From the sequence record MT774375.1: 40,000 nucleotides of DNA; one strand, written 5' to 3'. Below the pieces are notes generated by a model that saw nothing but the letters and a program-made list of their open reading frames with translations, did no database searches and was not told the origin of the DNA. Every line of letters begins with the position of its first letter. Position 1 is the first letter of the stretch. Positions 26,167-33,791 of this stretch are shown piece after piece. This stretch comes from an uncultured phage cr50_1. A program made the position numbers and the translations under genes.

Positions 26167-27588
26167 ATGTCTAAAAATAAGAACAACAAAAACTCTCAGC
26201 AAGCAGTAGCTACTGAGAAGGAAAAGGAGAATAAGAACGTGCAGACTACTGCACAAGTAAGTAACCCCACAAAGAAGGAGGACAAGCCAAAAGCTGATCC
26301 AAAACCTAAGAAAGATAAGGAACAGACGGCTACTCCACCACCTGCAGCAGATCCTTCAGTAATTGATGCTACTAAAACAGCAGAAGTTATTGATCCGGAA
26401 CCAAAAAAGAAATCCAATATCCCGAAGAAGATCGATCTTGCTAAGATTTCACTGACCACTAGTCAACGATTATCCGGTGATGGTTTTGCTCGTATGTTGG
26501 ATGTAGCAGAGCGCTATATCTCTCGTATGAAAGCAGGTGAGCCAGCAACCATTAAGATGGAGCAGGCGTTCACTTATAATCTTGCTTGGGGCATCACAAA
26601 GATGTCAATTCAGGCTCGTGAGGAGAAGATTGAGTATGGTCTTAATGTACCGAATGATGATGTTATTGTAACTGATATCATTGATACATTCAATAGCCTT
26701 GGAGTGGCATTAGCTCCACATGTCTCTGAAGATGGCAAGCAAATGACGCTTGAGTTTCAGGAGATTAGTCCAGAAGCAGAGAAAGCAGCCAAAGAAGAGA
26801 TCAAACAAGAGAAGACTCCGGTTGTTCCAGAGTTAGATCCTGACAAATGGAAGAGTGAAGACGATGCAAAGAAAGGATTATCTTATATTCTTGCAAAACA
26901 AGATCAGTCATTTCCAAATCGGTTTAATGAAACTTTATTAAAGGTTCGTACCTTTAAGAAAAATCAGGAGACAGATGAAGAAAAAAAGGCTGTATGGGAC
27001 AAGATTGGTTTAGGTGCCCTATTCGAGAACGCAGTTCAACTATTAGGAAACCGCTCAACTGCTCTTGTTCGTGGATTATGTCAAGGATGTGTATCTGCCT
27101 TAATTACGGATCACAATCCGATATTTGCTCATTCAACAGTTAAGTATAACTTACCAATGTTGTCTGAGGAAGAGGCCGCTGACTTGATTAAATCCTTTAT
27201 TAAAGTACGTCAGGAAGATCCTAAACTTCCTATTGACGAGACTCCAGCTGTTAAGTTTGGTATTCTTGAGGCAACTCGTGAACAGTTCCTTAACATTCCA
27301 ATGGATAACGAAATGCCGTTAGCCGAAATGGGATTGAAGAAGGATGATCCAAAGTACAAACAGATTACTCTGGCTAAGAAGATTATGAATAAGTTCCTTG
27401 AAGCGTATGGAAATGAAATCGGATATGATGATCCGAAATTCTATTTACATGCGACTAACAAGATGATCGAAATTCGTAATCTATATGTCGATAAAGATGC
27501 GGCATTTACACCGTATACTGAAAGTGAATATCCAAAAACTACTTCTACGGAAACTGCAGATCCTGAGAAGAAGAAAGAGGGTAAGTAA
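26167..27588 (+). CDS. Large hypothetical protein with low-complexity K/P/E N-terminus
   Basis: 473 aa ORF. Confidence 0.65.
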   Translation: MSKNKNNKNSQQAVATEKEKENKNVQTTAQVSNPTKKEDKPKADPKPKKDKEQTATPPPAADPSVIDATKTAEVIDPEPKKKSNIPKKIDLAKISLTTSQRLSGDGFARMLDVAERYISRMKAGEPATIKMEQAFTYNLAWGITKMSIQAREEKIEYGLNVPNDDVIVTDIIDTFNSLGVALAPHVSEDGKQMTLEFQEISPEAEKAAKEEIKQEKTPVVPELDPDKWKSEDDAKKGLSYILAKQDQSFPNRFNETLLKVRTFKKNQETDEEKKAVWDKIGLGALFENAVQLLGNRSTALVRGLCQGCVSALITDHNPIFAHSTVKYNLPMLSEEEAADLIKSFIKVRQEDPKLPIDETPAVKFGILEATREQFLNIPMDNEMPLAEMGLKKDDPKYKQITLAKKIMNKFLEAYGNEIGYDDPKFYLHATNKMIEIRNLYVDKDAAFTPYTESEYPKTTSTETADPEKKKEGK

Positions 27589-27614
27589 GTAATTATTATT
27601 AAACCATTATCAAA

Positions 27615-28016
27615 ATGAATACACATGGTAATCTACTTACGTATATCGCATTTGCTATTGTAGGTTTATTATTAGCTTACAATACGAACTTCTTTAAATT
27701 AGAGGAAGTTCGGGCAGACCCAGTAAAACCACTAGATTTGCCCGCATTACAGTTTAATCCTAAAGCTAATTTATCTTTAGAGATTGATCTAGACAAAGGT
27801 GTTTCCAACGTAAAAAGCGATATGCCGATTGCTAACGTTGATGTCACTGTCAATCACCCCACGAAACTCGTGGAAAAGGTAGTAAAGAAACCATCTAAGA
27901 AGGAGGTAATATATGAAACAAAAACTGAATATTTGGAGAAAGTAGTGATGTTTACTCTACCTACTCCTCACTTTCACGTACCAAGTATTCAGATCCCTAA
28001 AAGCGTAGAGAGATGA
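27615..28016 (+). CDS. Membrane-anchored hypothetical protein
   Basis: 133 aa; N-terminal TM LLTYIAFAIVGLLLAYNTNFF. Confidence 0.55.
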   Translation: MNTHGNLLTYIAFAIVGLLLAYNTNFFKLEEVRADPVKPLDLPALQFNPKANLSLEIDLDKGVSNVKSDMPIANVDVTVNHPTKLVEKVVKKPSKKEVIYETKTEYLEKVVMFTLPTPHFHVPSIQIPKSVER

Positions 28017-28108
28017 AAGCAAATAATAATACATTAGATAAATTAGCATTTGTAGGCTTAATTATCTTCTTTATAATGTGTTTATTTTTTGCATGGTGTA
28101 TAACATAA
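28013..28108 (+). CDS. 31-aa single-pass membrane peptide
   Basis: MKANNNTLDKLAFVGLIIFFIMCLFFAWCIT*, overlapping the upstream stop (ATGA). Confidence 0.45.
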   Translation: MKANNNTLDKLAFVGLIIFFIMCLFFAWCIT

Positions 28109-28209
28109 CAGTTAAAGATAAAAGCTGTCAGGTCAAACGACTCCTTACCTGTAATAAGAAGAAGAAGAGTGATATTGTAGCTGTACACTTAAAAAGCAAT
28201 AAGATAGCG

Positions 28210-28542
28210 CATATTATATTTGGATGAGTCTGATCAACAAATCGTATAATATGGACAAGAAAGACAGGATACGAGGATATGATAGTGCTAACACACGATT
28301 CAAAAGGTAGTATGATAACTTATTAAGAGTATTTTTTCTTTTACTCAGAAAAATTAATAAGAAAATGGGTAAGTGTAGATATCAACCCATTCTATTTATA
28401 TATTGAGAACCGCTTGGAGAATATATAAATTAGAGAAGACACTTATTAATACTTATCGATAAAGTAGAGAACTATTAATATAAACGATACCGGAGTATGC
28501 TTAAGCAGCTACCAATAATATTTAGTGACAGTAAATATTATT
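28210..28542 (+). ncRNA. Chain of strong hairpins upstream of a small ORF
   Basis: CATATTATA/TATAATATG; AATGGGT/ACCCATT; TTTATATATT/AATATATAAA; AATAATATTTA/TAAATATTATT. Confidence 0.5.
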
Positions 28543-28722
28543 ATGTCTAGAGTAAAGACAGTAGTCAACTTCGTTAAGAGTCCGTGGAGGAAACCAATCC
28601 TGAAATCAAGAAGGGACTTTAAACAGCAACTGCAACTATCACAAAGGGTGATAGAATTACTCAACAAAGAACTGACTAAGTTCCAGGTAGTGTCCAAAGC
28701 TACCTTACTGAATCCATTTTAA
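28543..28722 (+). CDS. 59-aa basic small protein
   Basis: ATG immediately after a perfect 11-bp hairpin: MSRVKTVVNFVKSPWRKPILKSRRDFKQQLQLSQRVIELLNKELTKFQVVSKATLLNPF*. Confidence 0.45.
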   Translation: MSRVKTVVNFVKSPWRKPILKSRRDFKQQLQLSQRVIELLNKELTKFQVVSKATLLNPF

Positions 28723-29219
28723 TTAATTTGGATAGGTTAAATAAATTGCTATCTTAGTGTTCACTGCATCAGTTTTGAAACGCTTATATGAAAGAATATA
28801 GGGAAAATGTAGTTATGAAGGAGATTAGATATAATAGAGGGTGCTATAAGGTGCTACGAGTCTAAATAGAGTAGAATCAATTTCTACAACTTTTACTCTT
28901 GGAAGTAAAGGTTAATAGTAGGTATTACTAGTAAGATTCATATGGCTGAGAGGCTATGATCCATACATGGGAAAGTAGATAATCGAGACTATCTATGGAT
29001 ATTGTATGACAGATTATCCGGATTAGGTGCCAAACCTATACTTTATAGAACTATTATATCAAACGTGATAGTGTTTTCTGCAATTGAGTTATATCACGAT
29101 AAAATAATGGAAACGCAGAGGTTTGAAGAAGTGAGCCAAATCATTAGTTCATATTATAGAATATATCTGGCAAGTATAGTATATAAGGAGAAACTTATAT
29201 TTTATCTATAGTAAGTTTA

Positions 29220-30460
29220 ATCCACTTAATACGAATCTTTACGTCAGTAACACAGCTGTTGGTTGATATCCATAAATTGTGCAAAGTTCAGTTAAAGCTT
29301 TCCTTAAAATATACAGCGAAAGTAGGGCTTCGTGAATAAGCCAATGGGCTAAATTCAAGTCTATGAAAGTAGAGCTACTGAATCTAACGATTCATCACTG
29401 GCCCGAGAGTTAACGAGACTCTTAAATAAAAGCGTTATTAACATGTTTAACCAAAGTAGTGGCTACACCCACGAAATAGTAAATTATCGAGAAGTCCTCG
29501 CTGGTCTTATTATAGTGAATGAGCTACTGTTGTTAAGTAGAGAGTAACTTAGGATGAATGCGACTCGATCAAGCCAACCGTTATAGCTAAAAGAAAACTA
29601 TTAGAGTTATATTACCGCAATGATATAATGTTCAATAGAAAGCGTTTCGCAGAAGCTTATAGACCTTTAGACCTGTCGTAAGCAAGAGTAAGCGGAAATA
29701 GGTGAAAGTCCTAGATATTCGTGCTTGTAAAACAAACAAATCCTCGTAAGGGTCACATGGGCAGTATACTGCATGTGAAAGAATAGAGTGGTAACCACTT
29801 CAGGGTGAAAAGACTGAAAGAGTTAGGTTTAGTAACGTTTCCTTAAACGACCGTATGTGTGGAGCATTCGATAAAGTAATCCTATGTGGTTTATTATAAC
29901 TATCAGTATACTTAGGCCAATCTAAGGTATACACACTTTCTAGTGTATTTGTTTTGATAAGATTATAATAGTTCGCTGAAGAAGCTCAGGAATTTATAAA
30001 ACTAGTAGCATGTGCATATCCCTATCAATATACAGCGGTAGAAGATAGTAAATAACGTATTGATCTTGTGACTTATTAGTCAATGTCGTAAGATCTCATT
30101 AGTCTGATGTTGGGCAAACGTAGTGGACCATTTAGGCCATGACACGAACCTTCATTGACGAGTATGAAGAGTAAAGAAAGATTCTAAAGTAAGACTAGTT
30201 CCATAATCTGTGGTGATGAAAACACAGTATTTAAGAAGAGGAAGTATCTACTTAAATATGTCTCTATGGAGTGCTAGAGTAATAGCAATAGCAGAATTAC
30301 AGAGTGAAATAGAATCCAATCTATCTCATCAAGTATAAAGAAATAATTTCAAGGAGTAAGCAATTGAATTTGCGTAGGCGATCGGATAACAGGCAACTGG
30401 GCAACAAACTCCCCTATAAGAGAAAACTCCAGTAAAGAAGTTCTTTTTATTTTTGAGTTT
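29220..30460 (+). ncRNA. Candidate large ornate noncoding RNA region
   Basis: No ORF of 60 aa or more; multiple perfect or near-perfect helices, e.g. 29754-29777, 29906-29932, 29933-29946, 30062-30095, 30150-30169. Confidence 0.5.
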
Positions 30461-30530
30461 ATTAATTTTTTAACAACATTTTAAAAGTTTCGTTGGTGGA
30501 ATCAACCACGAAATCAAGGAGGAAACAATT

Positions 30531-31064
30531 ATGAATTATATTCGAGTAAATGCCGCCATTTGCGGTTCAGTATTAGGTAAAAAGATTCTAATCGTAGAAC
30601 GGAATCCAGTAGATCCAAATTATTCAGAGGATAAGAAAAACGGACGGTTGTGTCTCAGTCGCCCTATTTATCTTTATTCTATTAAGCCGATTGATGTATC
30701 TTCAGTCGAGCTTGTAACTACAGCAAATGGTGAGGAACGGATTGAGTTTAATCATGAGCCGACATTACGGCTAGATATTGCAAATGTTGAGGATATCAAT
30801 AAAGTAATTCCCGTTCCATCGGCAGCCAGTGTACGTGCAGCTATTGAGAAGTACGAACGGTCTAAAGAAGATATTACTATCTTCGTCGATTACGAAAAAT
30901 TATTACGGGAAGTAATTGCGCTAAATCTTGACGAGAAGAAGACTTATGCAGCATGGTTGTCTTATCAGATGAAGTTGTGCGGCACATTAGCCGAGGCAAA
31001 CGAAGCTGAGATTGCAGCTTGTAAAGCGAGTATGAAAGAGTTTGGAATTGAGATTAATCTTTAA
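30531..31064 (+). CDS. Hypothetical protein
   Basis: 177 aa ORF preceded by GGAGGAAACAATT. Confidence 0.65.
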   Translation: MNYIRVNAAICGSVLGKKILIVERNPVDPNYSEDKKNGRLCLSRPIYLYSIKPIDVSSVELVTTANGEERIEFNHEPTLRLDIANVEDINKVIPVPSAASVRAAIEKYERSKEDITIFVDYEKLLREVIALNLDEKKTYAAWLSYQMKLCGTLAEANEAEIAACKASMKEFGIEINL

Positions 31065-31069
31065 TCGCA

Positions 31070-31600
31070 ATGGATGCCCTAAGTAAATGGGCATGGTTCG
31101 ATCTTTGTTATATGTTCTCTGATAGAGATTTTGTTAGTGATATGCTAGAAACAGATGAGAAAGTTCTAGCAAAACATGTTACGGTAAACAAAGATGGATC
31201 AGTGACTCTAAAAAAAACAAAATATTCTTGGATTAATAAATTATTCCGAGGTGAGATTGTACTCAGTCCAGAGACAATTTGTCTTCGACTGATTAGGAAA
31301 GTAACCGGTTACGGTGGTGGTCGAAATGACGCTGCATACAATGATTTGTGTCAACGTTTTTCTGAATATTATAAAGACGGAAATTATAGTTTGGCTATTT
31401 CCGCAATATTTGTGGCTTATCGTTTTGTTCTAGCTCCAGATATAAAACAAATGCAAGAGAATAATCCCGTAGTTGAGAGAGGGGTTATTCGTAAAAATTC
31501 AAATGTTTTATTAAATGGAGTTATGGTAAAAGACGGTTCAGGTCAAGCTGTTGTAGTTGATTGGTCTGATCCCAATCAAATTCTATTTCGTCGTCCATAA
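31070..31600 (+). CDS. Hypothetical protein
   Basis: 176 aa ORF. Confidence 0.6.
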   Translation: MDALSKWAWFDLCYMFSDRDFVSDMLETDEKVLAKHVTVNKDGSVTLKKTKYSWINKLFRGEIVLSPETICLRLIRKVTGYGGGRNDAAYNDLCQRFSEYYKDGNYSLAISAIFVAYRFVLAPDIKQMQENNPVVERGVIRKNSNVLLNGVMVKDGSGQAVVVDWSDPNQILFRRP

Positions 31601-31680
31601 AAATCGACAATCCTAAGTAAGAATAATATTGACAGTAGATGAGTTTTGTTAATATTATATCTTACTCAAGATATTTACTA

Positions 31681-31711
31681 AAAGAGAGACAGATGAGTTA
31701 CGTCTCTCTTT
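31681..31711 (+). terminator. Strong hairpin (terminator or processing site)
   Basis: AAAGAGAGAC...GTCTCTCTTT, 10 bp perfect. Confidence 0.45.
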
Positions 31712-31717
31712 AAATAT

Positions 31718-31806
31718 GGACGTGATAATGTATCTGTAATGGATACTAAGTAGATGGCTAGCTCCAAGAATAAGACGGAGATGCTATATCGAGGATAGAC
31801 ACGTCC
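31718..31806 (+). ncRNA. Candidate multibranch RNA closed by a 7-bp helix
   Basis: GGACGTG/CACGTCC encloses GTATC/GATAC and CTCC/GGAG arms. Confidence 0.45.
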
Positions 31807-31874
31807 TCACGGGTAGTTGATCAAATTCAAGTATAAATCGATTTAGACAAGATGAGTATTAATTTAAAATCAAT

Positions 31875-32390
31875 TTGTATATGAAGACAAAATCAACGGA
31901 AATTAAAACAAAATTAGAGAAGTTACACAAAGATATCTCTTGGCAGTGGAATATCATTCGTAGTGAGAACAAAGTTGAGAAAGGTTATAAACGTCGTTAT
32001 GATATGAAATCCTTACTTGAGGATATCTTCAGTAAAGCAGAGGAGCGAATTCAGTGTAAACTAGATCAGCTCTGTATAAATATGGGATTTAAGTCTCGTG
32101 CGGACTTACCAAAAGACTGTATTTATCCTACTATCTTCAAGTTGTCTGAGGTAAATGAGCAATATGTTCAAATTGGTATTATTATCGATAAGGCAACAAT
32201 TGATCCTTCTTATAAGATGAAAAAAGGTAAGAAGAATCTAAAAGAAGAAGAGGAACTTACTCGTGACTTCTTAAATAAGATGAAGAATAATTTGCAATTG
32301 CAGATTATCGATCTTAAAAAGAAACTGGCTGACTTCAATGATGCTGCGGAGTTAGATCTAGATAAGGCTTATATGTATTTAGCAGCATAA
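31875..32390 (+). CDS. Hypothetical protein
   Basis: 171 aa ORF; likely start ATG at 31881. Confidence 0.6.
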   Translation: MYMKTKSTEIKTKLEKLHKDISWQWNIIRSENKVEKGYKRRYDMKSLLEDIFSKAEERIQCKLDQLCINMGFKSRADLPKDCIYPTIFKLSEVNEQYVQIGIIIDKATIDPSYKMKKGKKNLKEEEELTRDFLNKMKNNLQLQIIDLKKKLADFNDAAELDLDKAYMYLAA

Positions 32391-32396
32391 GGAATT

Positions 32397-32461
32397 GATC
32401 TATCGTCTCCATTAAGTTGGATAAAAGATCTGGCAAGTCGGGTTCGAATCCCGGATAGATC
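32397..32461 (+). tRNA. 65-nt tRNA-like element apparently lacking an anticodon arm
   Basis: GATCTAT/ATAGATC acceptor (7 perfect bp), weak TCC/GGA D-like arm, T arm TCGGG-TTCGAAT-CCCGG. Confidence 0.65.
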
Positions 32462-32505
32462 TCAAGTCTCGAATCTATTATTAACACTTTAAATTATCAA
32501 AATTT

Positions 32506-33648
32506 ATGGAAACTAAAGATATCAAATCTAAAGAAAAGAAAGCAACACTTTTAGATAAAGCAAAAGCATACAAAGAATTAATTATTAAGAATGCAAATGA
32601 TCTTGCGGATCGGATTCTCAATAAAGCAATTGCCAAAGAAGAACAAGAAAAAGCTTGGCAAAAAAGAAAAAAAGAACTTAAAGCAGAAGCTGATAAAAAA
32701 CGTAAAGAAGCTGCTTTAAAGAAGCGAGAGGAGAAAGCAAAGAAACTTATCTCTATTCATACTTCAATTCCTAGTAAAGATACTTCTGAAAAGCAAAAGA
32801 AGATCGATAAGGATATTGAAAAGAAACATGATGAAAAGATGATTGCTAGTGAGACTAAATATGAAGATTGGTCACCTAAGCAACAGAAGCTTACTAAAGA
32901 AGAGAGGATTGAGCGTAATAAAAAACGTGCAATTAAACTTATTCATCATGAAGAAGTTAAAGATAAAATAAAGCATACTACAGCTGAAGAGAGAGAAGCA
33001 AGTGCGGCAGAGCAACGTCGTATTGCTTACCAAAATTATCTAGCTGAAATGCAACGTCAACAATCTGAAAAAGAAGCTGATCCAAAAGCAGCTGCAGAAC
33101 GTAAAGAAAAACGTTTAACGGCGAAGAAAGATCGTATGCAGATGTTGGCAGAGAAACGAATTAAGCGAATGGAAAGACTCCAAATCGTTGAGTTAACTCA
33201 GAAGCAAAAGTTAGCTAAGGATCTTGAACACTTCAAACAAGCACAAGAAGCTCGAAATGCTAAAAAGAAAGAGCAACGAGCCAAATATCTTACTAAGGGT
33301 GGAAAAGAAGTTCCCAAAGTAAAGAACAAAGTTGATATAAGACCAACGATAATTGAGAACAAAGTAGATAACAAACATCGTTATATTACTAGAACTCAAC
33401 ATATTGAAAAAAATACACCTATTGGGGAGACAGTAGGCGCTATCATCTGTATACCTACAAAGTTAAAGGATATTGTAAAATATAACTTTAACAAATTAAT
33501 GGAGAAAGAATCCGATAATCTAGTTGGAATCTTTATCTATGATAGCGATAATCCTGAAGTGTGTATAATGGAAATGGTTAATTCAAAATATCGTGAGATA
33601 GATGGAGTAACTACTACGCGCATGAATCAGGAAAAACAAGCAGCATAA
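32506..33648 (+). CDS. Highly charged coiled-coil hypothetical protein
   Basis: 380 aa; K/E-rich. Confidence 0.65.
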   Translation: METKDIKSKEKKATLLDKAKAYKELIIKNANDLADRILNKAIAKEEQEKAWQKRKKELKAEADKKRKEAALKKREEKAKKLISIHTSIPSKDTSEKQKKIDKDIEKKHDEKMIASETKYEDWSPKQQKLTKEERIERNKKRAIKLIHHEEVKDKIKHTTAEEREASAAEQRRIAYQNYLAEMQRQQSEKEADPKAAAERKEKRLTAKKDRMQMLAEKRIKRMERLQIVELTQKQKLAKDLEHFKQAQEARNAKKKEQRAKYLTKGGKEVPKVKNKVDIRPTIIENKVDNKHRYITRTQHIEKNTPIGETVGAIICIPTKLKDIVKYNFNKLMEKESDNLVGIFIYDSDNPEVCIMEMVNSKYREIDGVTTTRMNQEKQAA

Positions 33649-33673
33649 GCTGATATTCGTCTATGAAACAGGG

Positions 33674-33692
33674 GCGCGTCTGTTCAACGCGC
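33674..33692 (+). ncRNA. Isolated anticodon-arm-like hairpin
   Basis: GCGCGT-CTGTTCA-ACGCGC, 7-nt loop with GTT at anticodon-like positions. Confidence 0.4.
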
Positions 33693-33696
33693 AAAT

Positions 33697-33775
33697 GATC
33701 CACTCGTCTATTGGTTAGGACGCAAGATTTTCTTGAGTGAAAATTTGAAAAAAAGTTCGATTCTTTTGTGGATCA
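33697..33775 (+). tRNA. tRNA-like element with aberrant anticodon region
   Basis: GATCCAC/GTGGATC acceptor (7 perfect bp), D arm GTCT-ATTGGTTA-GGAC, T arm AAAAG-TTCGATT-CTTTT; middle hairpin ATTTTC-TTGAGT-GAAAAT is displaced by 5 nt. Confidence 0.68.
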
Positions 33776-33791
33776 CATAAATTCCATAGCT

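Noticed and set aside
29002-29211. 69-aa ORF MYDRLSGLGAKPILYR...
   Set aside because: TTG start, no evident ribosome-binding context, lies within the structured noncoding tract; kept unannotated though not excluded.
29650-29730. Possible group II intron domain I-like string (GGTGAAAGTCC)
   Set aside because: No GTGYG start, no domain V hairpin and no reverse transcriptase seen; a single short motif is insufficient.
28109-30530. Stop-codon reassignment as an explanation for the missing ORFs
   Set aside because: Key genes (portal, TerL, PolB, helicase) read through normally with the standard code, and the tract contains frequent stops of all kinds; structured RNA is simpler.
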